From: a bacterium
Lineage (GTDB): Bacteria > Bdellovibrionota_C > UBA2361 > J135
Reading direction: 5' to 3'
Assembly (NCBI GenBank): GCA_034440315.1
Contig: JAWXBT010000236.1
Coordinates: 1-26,651 of the forward strand
DNA: 26,651 nucleotides
The notes beneath the pieces were generated by a model that saw nothing but the letters and a program-made list of their open reading frames with translations, did no database searches and was not told the origin of the DNA. Made by a program: the position numbers and the translations under genes. How positions within the stretch are numbered: position 1 is the stretch's first letter; every line of letters begins with the position of its first letter. This document shows positions 16,690 through 26,651 of this stretch, in pieces.

Positions 16690-17918
16690 GCACTGTGATT
16701 GATATAAGAAGAAATAGCTCAGCAAGTAATCCACGACGATTTGCTTTTGTTGTTCCAAGATTCGGTAAAGAAACTGGTGGTGCTGAGACTCTGTGTCGAG
16801 AAATTGCAATCAGGCTTTGTAAAAGAGGAGATAAGGTAGATATTTTAACTACCTGTGCCAAAGATAATCGTAGTTGGGAAAATGCATTGCCTGAAGGTGA
16901 AGAGATCGACAATCAGTTAGTAGTTAAAAGATTTAAGGTTGACGATCGAAATCTAGAAGTTTGGATACCTCATCAAATCAGTATTCATGAAGGTATAAAT
17001 CCAGGGATTAATGCCCAGCTTGATTGGTTGACTCACTCTGTTAATTCAACTGGTCTTTATTCAAATATTAAACAAAACGCAGATCGTTATGATGCAATTT
17101 TCTTTGCTCCATATCTTTTTGGCACAACATTTTGGGGATCATTAATTCGTCCTGATAAATCAGTCCTGATTCCATGTCTTCACGATGAAAACTACTCATA
17201 TCTGGAATCGATTGCGGCAATGTTTAAAACCGTAAAGGGTTGTATGTTTAATGCTATTCCAGAGATGAACTTTGCGAGATCACTTTATGGACAAATCCCT
17301 GGTGGAGAAGTTGGCATGGGGTTTGAGTCCTTTAGTGATGAGTATATTGCTAAGTTAGTGCCATATTTTGAAAAAAATTTAAGATATATTCTTTACGTTG
17401 GTCGAAAAGAAACCGGAAAGAATGCTCATAAGTTAATCGATGATTTTATATATTCTAAAGATAACGGAAAAATTCCTGAAGATATAAAACTAGTAATTTC
17501 AGGAGGTGGATCATTTTCAGATTTACATAGACCTTCTGCTCTTAAGCGTAATGATATTATAGATCAGGGATTTGTCTCTGAACTGGATAAACATAGAATT
17601 ATTAAGCATTCGCAATTTCTTTGTCAGCCTTCTAAAAATGAATCATTTTCAATTGTAATTATGGAAGCCTGGCTTTTGAATACACCTGTGTTGGTAGATT
17701 CGGGCTGCGCAGTTACAAGAGCACATGTAATCGAGAGTAATGGCGGCTTATATTACGAATCCGCACAAGAATTCTCTCTTGTTTCAGCTAAGCTAATTAA
17801 TAATAAAGATTTAAGAGTGACTCTAGCAAATTTGGGTAATGCATACGTAAAAAACAAATATAGTTGGAGTGCGGTTTTAGATCGTTTTGATTCTGTTTTA
17901 GAAACGATACTGCAATAA
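16686..17918 (+). CDS. Glycosyltransferase family 4 (GT-B)
   Basis: Motifs VVPRFG...GGAE, PCLHDE, YVGRKETGK and ESFSIVIME (E-X7-E). ATGA overlap with the preceding gene. Confidence 0.9.
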   Translation: MSTVIDIRRNSSASNPRRFAFVVPRFGKETGGAETLCREIAIRLCKRGDKVDILTTCAKDNRSWENALPEGEEIDNQLVVKRFKVDDRNLEVWIPHQISIHEGINPGINAQLDWLTHSVNSTGLYSNIKQNADRYDAIFFAPYLFGTTFWGSLIRPDKSVLIPCLHDENYSYLESIAAMFKTVKGCMFNAIPEMNFARSLYGQIPGGEVGMGFESFSDEYIAKLVPYFEKNLRYILYVGRKETGKNAHKLIDDFIYSKDNGKIPEDIKLVISGGGSFSDLHRPSALKRNDIIDQGFVSELDKHRIIKHSQFLCQPSKNESFSIVIMEAWLLNTPVLVDSGCAVTRAHVIESNGGLYYESAQEFSLVSAKLINNKDLRVTLANLGNAYVKNKYSWSAVLDRFDSVLETILQ

Positions 17919-17929
17919 CTACTTCTTAA

Positions 17930-19957
<2,028 letters not shown>

Positions 19958-19983
19958 AATTTTTATTAAAAAGACACTAGAAA

Positions 19984-21498
19984 ATGAAAGAAGTAAGAAC
20001 AAGATTTGCTCCTAGTCCAACTGGATTCATTCACGTTGGTGGAGTTAGAACCAATTTCTATGCCTGGCTTATTGCCAAACATTTTGCTGGTAAATTTCTA
20101 TTACGAATCGAAGATACGGATCGTGAAAGACTCGTTCCTGGGGCAATTAAAGCAATTTTAGAAGACTTAAAGTGGTTGGGAATTGATATCGATGAAGGTC
20201 CATCGATGGCTGAATTAGAAAAATCCGATACTGGCTGGGTTGGAGATGAAGGAATTGGTGGAGCATGCGGACCGTACATTCAAAGTTTACGTTTACCCCG
20301 TTACAAAGAAGCTGCTGAAGAATTAATTAAAAAAGGTGTAGCTTATCGTTGCGACTGTAGTTCCGAAATGTTGATCAAAGAGCGTGCTGATCAGATGGCT
20401 CGTAAGGAGATGCCGGGTTATAGCGGATATTGTCGGCATAGAAATGTAAGTTCCGATTCAAAACATGTCATTAGGTTAATGATTCCTCAAAATGAAAGTC
20501 TTACCCTTGAAGATCCAGTCAAAGGAAAAATTGTTTGGGAAAGAATTTCATTAAGAGATACCGTACTTTTAAAAAGTGATGGCTTTCCAACTTATCATTT
20601 AGCCGTTGTTGTTGATGATCATGACATGAAAATAAGTCATGTAATGCGTGGAGAAGAATGGTTAGCTACTGCACCAATTCATGTGCTTTTGTACAAAGCT
20701 TTCGGCTGGGAGATGCCTATATTCTGCCATCTTCCAAGTGTACTTGGCCAAGATGGAAAAAAACTTTCTAAACGCCACGGTGCAACTCATGTTCGATCAT
20801 TTAAAGACTCTGGATATCTTCCAGAAGCTCTTCTTAATTTACTTTTATTAGTGGGTTGGAATCCAGGCGATGGTGAAGAGCAAGAGATTTTTACTCGTGA
20901 AGAGATGATTAAGCGTTTCGATCTAAAAGGTATTAATAATGCCGGTGCCGTTTTTAGTTATGAAAAGCTTAATTGGATGAATGGCATGTACATACGAGCT
21001 TTAACTCCCGAAGCTTTTGCCGAAAAAGTTCGCCCATATTGCGAAGTTAAAAATCTAAAACTTGATGAAGTAAAATTCAACGCAATTTTGCCGCACATTA
21101 AAGAGCGCATGAAGTTTTTAACGGAAGCTCCTGATTTAATAGATTTTCTCTTTGTGGAGAATTTGAATCGAGATATGGATGCAATGATCGGTAAGGATGT
21201 TGATGTATCAAAAGCCTCTAATATTATAGATTTAGTAGTAGAGGCACTGTCTTCACTGTCCGATTTTACAGTGGCAAATATCGATGCTGCCATTAGAGCC
21301 ATCCCAGAAAAAATTGGTCTAAAAATTGGTCCAGTATTTGTAGTTGTAAGAATTGCCGTGACTGGCAAAAAAGTTACACCTCCGCTTTTTGAATCAATCT
21401 CAGTATTGGGCAAAGAAGTCACAATTCAAAGACTTAAAGAGTGTAAAGATTTGCTTCAATCTTATCAGCCCAAAGCTGTGGTTAATTCTGGGCATTAG
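19984..21498 (+). CDS. gltX: Glutamate--tRNA ligase
   Basis: RTRFAPSPTG, HIGH-like HVGG, LRIEDTD, YHLAVVVDDH and KMSKS-like KLSKR, plus the anticodon-binding C-terminal domain. Confidence 0.97.
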   Translation: MKEVRTRFAPSPTGFIHVGGVRTNFYAWLIAKHFAGKFLLRIEDTDRERLVPGAIKAILEDLKWLGIDIDEGPSMAELEKSDTGWVGDEGIGGACGPYIQSLRLPRYKEAAEELIKKGVAYRCDCSSEMLIKERADQMARKEMPGYSGYCRHRNVSSDSKHVIRLMIPQNESLTLEDPVKGKIVWERISLRDTVLLKSDGFPTYHLAVVVDDHDMKISHVMRGEEWLATAPIHVLLYKAFGWEMPIFCHLPSVLGQDGKKLSKRHGATHVRSFKDSGYLPEALLNLLLLVGWNPGDGEEQEIFTREEMIKRFDLKGINNAGAVFSYEKLNWMNGMYIRALTPEAFAEKVRPYCEVKNLKLDEVKFNAILPHIKERMKFLTEAPDLIDFLFVENLNRDMDAMIGKDVDVSKASNIIDLVVEALSSLSDFTVANIDAAIRAIPEKIGLKIGPVFVVVRIAVTGKKVTPPLFESISVLGKEVTIQRLKECKDLLQSYQPKAVVNSGH

Positions 21499-21528
21499 AC
21501 CGCCAAAAGTATTAACTTATTAGGTTTA

Positions 21529-21557
21529 TTGACTTAATCGATTATTCCTGATAATTT
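21529..21557 (+). promoter_or_regulatory. Candidate sigma70 promoter for rpsO-pnp
   Basis: TTGACT (21529-21534), 17-nt spacer, TAATTT (21552-21557). Same pattern as the rho candidate. Confidence 0.45.
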
Positions 21558-21758
21558 CTATGAGCTTGATGACGTATCTTTCCCTTTAGAATTTAGAAGG
21601 TGGAGAAACGAAGAAAAGGCTTTTTAAGGATCTTCAACTTACAAGATACTTATTACAAAGAGACTTTCCTTCGTTCCTTCCATTTAGTTCGAAAATCCCA
21701 AAGGGCTGAAAGTCAAAAGGCAAAAGAAGTAAAAAATTGGGATAGAAATAGGTAAAAT

Positions 21759-22031
21759 ATGGAGTCTTTAAACACTGCTTCAAAGTCACAAGTTGTTTCC
21801 AAGTATCGCGTACATGATACAGATACTGGTTCACCAGAAGTTCAAATCGCGCTTCTCACACAGAGAATCGAAGGACTTGGTAGTCACTTTGCTGCTCATG
21901 TTAAGGATCTGCACTCTCGTCATGGGATGATGCAGTTAATTAACCGTCGTAAAAAACTCCTTCAGTACCTCAAGACTAATAACATTGAGAGCTACAAGAA
22001 GACTATTGCCTCCTTAGGACTAAGAAAGTAA
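21759..22031 (+). CDS. rpsO: 30S ribosomal protein S15
   Basis: Motifs DTGSPEVQIALLT, KDLHSRHG and terminal LGLRK. AGGT upstream; precedes pnp. Confidence 0.98.
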   Translation: MESLNTASKSQVVSKYRVHDTDTGSPEVQIALLTQRIEGLGSHFAAHVKDLHSRHGMMQLINRRKKLLQYLKTNNIESYKKTIASLGLRK

Positions 22032-22147
22032 AAACTTTTTAAGTCTTTGATTCAATATTTAAACTATTCCCGATTTTAATCGCTCGATGTTTTGTCGCGC
22101 ACTAATTTAATCAAAGGATCTGATTCAGATCCTAAATAGGAGATCGT

Positions 22148-24247
22148 ATGCATATTGTTGTTGAGCGTGAATTTCATGGCTCTAAACTCAGAATTGAAAC
22201 TGGAAAAGTTGCTAAACAGGCCGCTGGTGCTGCAGTTGTAACTTACGGTGACACAGTCCTTTTAGTCACTGCTTGTCTAGGTGTAGAAAAACCAGGAGAT
22301 TTCGTTCCATTAACTGTAGATTATGTTGAAAAGACATACGCTGCTGGAAAAATACCTGGTGGATATTTTAAAAGGGAAGGAAAACTCAGTGAGCAAGAAA
22401 CTCTTGTTTCAAGATTAATCGATAGACCATGTCGACCACTTTTCCCAGAAGGCTTCAACAAAGAAGTACAAGTTATTGTTACTGTTATGTCAGCCGATCA
22501 AGATCACACTCCAGACGTATTAGCTATGTGTGGTGCCTCAGCTGCCTTGATGGTTTCCGAGATTCCTTTTGAAGGACCAATCTCAGGAGTTCGAGTTGGA
22601 CGTGTTGGTGGCAAATTAATTATAAATCCAAATAAAGATGCTCGTGAGAGATCCGATCTTAATTTCGTAGTTGCTGGATCTAAAGATGCAATTGTTATGG
22701 TTGAAGGTGGCGCTGCTCAAGCTTCTGAAAAAGAAGTTGTCGATGCTATTTTCTTTGCTCATGAGCAACTTCAGATTATTAATGAAATGCAGCTTGAACT
22801 TGTAAAAGCCTGCGGCAAAAAGAAAATTGAGTTTGCCAAGAAAGATGTTGATGAGAAGTTTATCACTGAAGTTCAGAGCTTTATCGATGCCAAGCTTAAA
22901 AAAGCCATGTGCGTTCCAGCTAAGGAAGAGAGACGCGTTGCTCTTTCCGCAGTAAAAGACGAAATGAAAGCAAAATTCATTAAGGCTGATGATGTAAAGG
23001 CAGCAGATAAAGCAGCTCTTTGTAGTAAAGCTTTCGAAGATCATCACTATACATCAATGCGTTCTATGATCTTAGATAAAAAAGTTCGTATCGATGGAAG
23101 AGATCTTACAACTGTTAGACCGATTACAATTGAGACCTCGATTCTTCCTAGAGTTCATGGTTCTTCATTGTTCACACGAGGAGAAACTCAAGCCATAGTT
23201 ACAGCAACATTGGGTACCGCTGATGAAGCTCAACGTTTCGATAATATCATGGGCGATGAATCAAAGAGATTCATGCTTCATTATAACTTTCCTCCATTCT
23301 CAGTTGGAGAATGCAAAGGCTTACGCGGAACTGGTCGACGAGAAGTTGGTCACGGCGCATTAGCTGAGAGAGCTGTTAAAGCAATCTTGCCTACTCAAGC
23401 TGAGTTTCCATATGTAATAAGAATTGTATCGGAAATTACAGAAAGTAACGGATCAAGCTCGATGGCTTCAGTTTGTGGAGCAAGTTTATCTTTGATGGAT
23501 GCAGGCGTTCCAATTAAGGCTCCGGTAGCTGGCGTGGCTATGGGACTTATCTCAGAGGGCAGTAAGTATTCCATTTTGACTGATATCTTAGGCGATGAGG
23601 ATCATCTTGGTGATATGGACTTTAAGGTCTGTGGAACTGAAAAGGGGATTACCGCACTTCAGATGGATATTAAGATCAAAGGACTGCGCCGCGAGATCGT
23701 AGTTGAAGCTATGGATCAAGCTCGTGAGGGAAGGTTGCATGTTCTTAAAAATATGAACGCTGCAATTTCTACTCATAGAGAAGAGATGAGTCTTTTTGCT
23801 CCACGAGTAACGACTCTTAAGATCAGCCAAGAGAAAATCCGAGACATTATTGGACCACAAGGTAAGACTATCCGATCTATTACTGAATCTTTCGGTGTAA
23901 AAATCGAAGTTAAGGATGATGGAACGGTAAGTATTTTCTCTACTGATCCAGAGAAGACTAAAGAAGTTCTAAAAGTTGTTAAGGCTCTTACTGAAGAAGC
24001 AGAAGTTGGAAAAATCTATACAGGTATTGTAAAGAAAATTACTGACTTTGGTGCTTTCGTAGAAATTATGCCTGGTACATCTGGGTTGCTACATATTTCT
24101 CAGTTATCTGATAGACGTGTGGAACACGTGACAGATATTGTTAAAGAAGGGGACCAAGTTCCAGTGAAAGTGCTCGAAGTTGACCGCATGGGCAAAATAA
24201 GACTTTCAAGAAAGGAAGCTTTGGAAGAGCTTGGATTGCCGCTATAG
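22148..24247 (+). CDS. pnp: Polyribonucleotide nucleotidyltransferase (PNPase)
   Basis: PLTVDYVEK...GKIPGGYFKRE, SRLIDRPCRPLF, RREVGHG, SNGSSSMAS and GDMDFKV, then KH and S1 domains. AGGAG RBS. Confidence 0.99.
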   Translation: MHIVVEREFHGSKLRIETGKVAKQAAGAAVVTYGDTVLLVTACLGVEKPGDFVPLTVDYVEKTYAAGKIPGGYFKREGKLSEQETLVSRLIDRPCRPLFPEGFNKEVQVIVTVMSADQDHTPDVLAMCGASAALMVSEIPFEGPISGVRVGRVGGKLIINPNKDARERSDLNFVVAGSKDAIVMVEGGAAQASEKEVVDAIFFAHEQLQIINEMQLELVKACGKKKIEFAKKDVDEKFITEVQSFIDAKLKKAMCVPAKEERRVALSAVKDEMKAKFIKADDVKAADKAALCSKAFEDHHYTSMRSMILDKKVRIDGRDLTTVRPITIETSILPRVHGSSLFTRGETQAIVTATLGTADEAQRFDNIMGDESKRFMLHYNFPPFSVGECKGLRGTGRREVGHGALAERAVKAILPTQAEFPYVIRIVSEITESNGSSSMASVCGASLSLMDAGVPIKAPVAGVAMGLISEGSKYSILTDILGDEDHLGDMDFKVCGTEKGITALQMDIKIKGLRREIVVEAMDQAREGRLHVLKNMNAAISTHREEMSLFAPRVTTLKISQEKIRDIIGPQGKTIRSITESFGVKIEVKDDGTVSIFSTDPEKTKEVLKVVKALTEEAEVGKIYTGIVKKITDFGAFVEIMPGTSGLLHISQLSDRRVEHVTDIVKEGDQVPVKVLEVDRMGKIRLSRKEALEELGLPL

Positions 24248-24462
24248 TTATCCCAATAAGTAAATTCCAAATACTTTTGTATTGAAAACCTTCGGTTTAC
24301 GTAAAATATTTAATTGGAACAACTATTTATTGTCCCTCCGGGGGAACGTAAGTCCAAAAAAGATTTTTTGGGAAGATTCTTTTTGGACTTACTATATAAT
24401 TCTGCTTGGTTGACCTTCTGTTGGTACTTCGCAGAACAAGTTAAGGGACAAGTCTTGCGACT

Positions 24463-24509
24463 GGGGATAAGAGTGTTATATTTTTAATACTCTTATCCCC
24501 TTTAACTTT
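24463..24509 (+). terminator. Intrinsic-terminator-like hairpin just upstream of the cystathionine lyase gene
   Basis: GGGGATAAGAGTGTTA (24463-24478), loop TATTTT, TAATACTCTTATCCCC (24485-24500; 16 bp, one G-U), then TTTAACTTT. Confidence 0.6.
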
Positions 24510-24520
24510 GTCGCATCCAT

Positions 24521-25687
24521 ATGTCTAAAACAATAAATCTAGAAACAGTAGGATATTCAACTAGAGCCATTCATGCTGGTCAAAGACCAAATCAACTAAC
24601 TGGCGGTATCGTTGAACCAATTTATCAGTGCTCAGTTTATGCCCAAGAATTCCCTGGGGAATTCAAGTTCGATTACGGGCGTTCGATGAATCCTAACTAC
24701 TACACAATCGAAGAAACATTAGCTGCTTTAGAATTTGCAAAACATGCCACAGTTGTTTCTTCCGGTGTTGCTGCCATGACTGCCGTAATGAGTACTTTAA
24801 AATCCGGCGATTCTGTAATAATGCCAACTGATGTTTATGGAGGAACGTACAGACTCTTTAAGCAATTTTTCGAGAAATTTGGTATTAGTTTTACTCAGAT
24901 TGATTTATTAGATTTAACAGCACTGGAAGACGGACTAAAAAAACTTCCCAAGATGCTCTATATAGAAACTCCAACTAATCCACTTTTAGCTGTTTACGAT
25001 CTAAAAGCTCTAAGTACGTTATCTAAAAAATACAATGTTAGAACTGTAGTGGATAATACTTTTGCTTCACCGTATTTTCAAAATCCATTAAAATTTGGAA
25101 TCGATGTTGTAATACATAGCTGCTCAAAATACATTGGCGGACACTCAGATATTGTTGGCGGAGCTATCATGACGGATGATAAAGAATTTCGAGATCTGAC
25201 CGATTTTGCTCGAAAATCAATGGGACTTCATCCAGATCCTTTCACAATGTTTTTAATGCGTCGAGGAATTAAGACCTTGCCACTTCGTATGGAGCGGGCT
25301 CAGCAAAATGCCTTTGCTCTAGCTGAATACTTCGAAAAGCATTCGAGAGTGGAAAAAGTTCTTTATCCTGGGCTTAAGAGCCATCCGCAACATGCAGTTG
25401 CCAAAAAACAGATGACTGGCTTTAGCGGCATGTTAAGCGTGTTTTTTAAATTATCAATTGAGGAAGCTAAGAAATTAATTAGCTCCTTTAATATTATAAC
25501 TTTGGCTGAAAGTCTGGGTGCTGTTGAATCATTAGTGGAGCATCCAGCCAGTATGACTCATCAAAAAATACCAAAAGAATTGCGCGAGAAACACGGACTT
25601 ACTGATGGTTTGATAAGATTTTCTGCTGGAACGGAAGATACTAAAGATCTGATCGCAGATATTGAGCAAGGATTAGCTAAGATTTAA
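24521..25687 (+). CDS. PLP-dependent cystathionine gamma-lyase/gamma-synthase family enzyme
   Basis: TRAIHAGQ, YGRSMNP, SSGVAA, DVYGGTYRL, IETPTNP, VDNTFASP, PLP-lysine motif SCSKYIGGHSD and AESLGAVESL. Lyase versus synthase is inferred from the CBS-like neighbour. Confidence 0.92.
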   Translation: MSKTINLETVGYSTRAIHAGQRPNQLTGGIVEPIYQCSVYAQEFPGEFKFDYGRSMNPNYYTIEETLAALEFAKHATVVSSGVAAMTAVMSTLKSGDSVIMPTDVYGGTYRLFKQFFEKFGISFTQIDLLDLTALEDGLKKLPKMLYIETPTNPLLAVYDLKALSTLSKKYNVRTVVDNTFASPYFQNPLKFGIDVVIHSCSKYIGGHSDIVGGAIMTDDKEFRDLTDFARKSMGLHPDPFTMFLMRRGIKTLPLRMERAQQNAFALAEYFEKHSRVEKVLYPGLKSHPQHAVAKKQMTGFSGMLSVFFKLSIEEAKKLISSFNIITLAESLGAVESLVEHPASMTHQKIPKELREKHGLTDGLIRFSAGTEDTKDLIADIEQGLAKI

Positions 25688-25701
25688 CTTTCCTTAAACG
25701 A

Positions 25702-26651
25702 TTAAAATCCGTTGCTTTTCATCCAAGAATCAGAAAGATATTTGCTTATATATCTAGTACCTGAATCAGGTAAGATCACGACAACAGTTTTGCCAACTCC
25801 TAATTCTTTTGCAATCTCGATTGCGATATGAACGTTTCCGCCACTTGAACCACCACAAAAAAGACCCTCTTCGCGTATGAGTTTACGGGCCATATGGAAG
25901 CATTGAGCATCATTAACTTGACGCATCTCATCAATTACTGAAAAATCTAAAGCATCGCACAAGATATCTTCGCCGATACCCTCAACTTTATAAACGTGAG
26001 CCGGAACAAGTTTTTTTGTATAGAAATAATCAAAATGTATGCTACCAATTGGATCTACGCCCACAACTCTTGCGGAACTCTTTTTCTTTTTTAGAAATCT
26101 TCCGACACCGGAAGTTGTTCCTCCAGTTCCAGTACCTGCAACATAGGCATCAAATTTCCCATCTGTTTGCTGCCAAATCTCAGGACCAGTTAACAATTCA
26201 TGCGCATCAGTATTTGATTTATTGTGATACTGATTTACATAAAAAGCATCTTTAGTTTCTTTGGCAATCCTTTTAGCAGTTTCAACGTAATGATCGGGGG
26301 AATCGCCTGGAACATTTGTAGGCGTAATAACAACTTCAGCACCAAAACCTTTGAGCATGTTAACTTTCTCAGTACTCATTTTATCGGGCATTGTAAAAAT
26401 ACATTTGTATCCTTTTACTGCTGCCACCATGGCCAAGCCGAGTCCTGTATTACCAGAGGTATTTTCTACAATTGTGCCTCCTGGCTTTAAAGCTCCTGAA
26501 TTTTCCGCTTCAGTAATTATGTGAAAAGCCATGCGATCTTTTATAGATCCAGTTGGATTCATGAACTCGCATTTTGCCAAAATAGTCGCGCAATCTTTGG
26601 GAACAACTTTATTGAGCTTTACAAGTGGTGTGTTACCGATGGCTTCAAGAA
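25702..26651 (-). CDS. Cystathionine beta-synthase/cysteine synthase family enzyme (short form), 5'-truncated at window edge
   Basis: The frame stays open past 26580 and reads LEAIGNTPLVKL...AKCEFMNPTGSIKDR. Also ENTSGNTG, MPDKMSTEK, NQY and GTGTGGT. No C-terminal CBS-domain pair. Confidence 0.92.
   Translation of the reverse strand, partial: LEAIGNTPLVKLNKVVPKDCATILAKCEFMNPTGSIKDRMAFHIITEAENSGALKPGGTIVENTSGNTGLGLAMVAAVKGYKCIFTMPDKMSTEKVNMLKGFGAEVVITPTNVPGDSPDHYVETAKRIAKETKDAFYVNQYHNKSNTDAHELLTGPEIWQQTDGKFDAYVAGTGTGGTTSGVGRFLKKKKSSARVVGVDPIGSIHFDYFYTKKLVPAHVYKVEGIGEDILCDALDFSVIDEMRQVNDAQCFHMARKLIREEGLFCGGSSGGNVHIAIEIAKELGVGKTVVVILPDSGTRYISKYLSDSWMKSNGF

Noticed and set aside
20958-21422. 154-aa minus-strand ORF within gltX
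   Set aside because: Antisense shadow with no recognisable domain.
21560-21589. 9-codon ORF MSLMTYLSL in the rpsO leader, and an 18-codon ORF at 3535 in the rho leader
   Set aside because: Both begin at or before the predicted TSS, with no RBS or telling codon runs.
21700-21726. GGGCTGAAAGTC...GGCAAAA loosely resembling a c-di-GMP-I riboswitch
   Set aside because: Motif order is wrong, there is no GGACGCAAAG-like junction, and the downstream gene is rpsO.
22616-23047. 143-aa minus-strand ORF within pnp, and the other 60-100 aa nested ORFs in the track
   Set aside because: All are nested in conserved genes, with composition expected of off-frame translation.
24262-24320. tRNA-like cloverleaf from small stems (TTCCAA/TTGGAA, AATAC/GTATT, AAACC/GGTTT)
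   Set aside because: Only two inner arms, with no D or T-loop consensus and no CCA; expected in AT-rich DNA.
24247-24500. SAM-I riboswitch, suggested by TTATC and GATAAG
   Set aside because: No SAM-I core (AUCAAGAG, GGAGGGA, GCAACC), and the CTCTTATC/GATAAGAG order is reversed.

Overview
AT-rich bacterial chromosomal window made mostly of housekeeping genes, with a cautious guess of a 'deltaproteobacterial'/Bdellovibrionota-like lineage from gene order only. Order: cdsA (partial)-dxr-rseP-tsaB, rho plus an orphan sigma54 response regulator, a convergent SLC13/TrkA-C transporter, a diheme lipoprotein cytochrome c-tsaD-rsmA-Thg1-like operon, a methyltransferase plus three GT-B glycosyltransferases running into ligA and gltX, rpsO-pnp, and a convergent cystathionine gamma-lyase / cystathionine beta-synthase-like pair (the latter partial). 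I found no rRNA, tRNA, CRISPR array or transposase. Best leads: (1) the cytochrome has Cys exactly where the family has its distal Met heme ligand, and it sits head-to-head with a four-RCK_C transporter whose second substrate motif is altered; (2) a divergent Thg1-like 3'-5' polymerase is coupled to tRNA/rRNA modification genes; (3) the glycan methyltransferase looks like WbdD with reversed domain order; (4) unexplained structured leaders precede the cystathionine lyase, rpsO and rho; (5) a perfect 29-bp inverted repeat. All family assignments come from motif recognition by eye, with no database searches.
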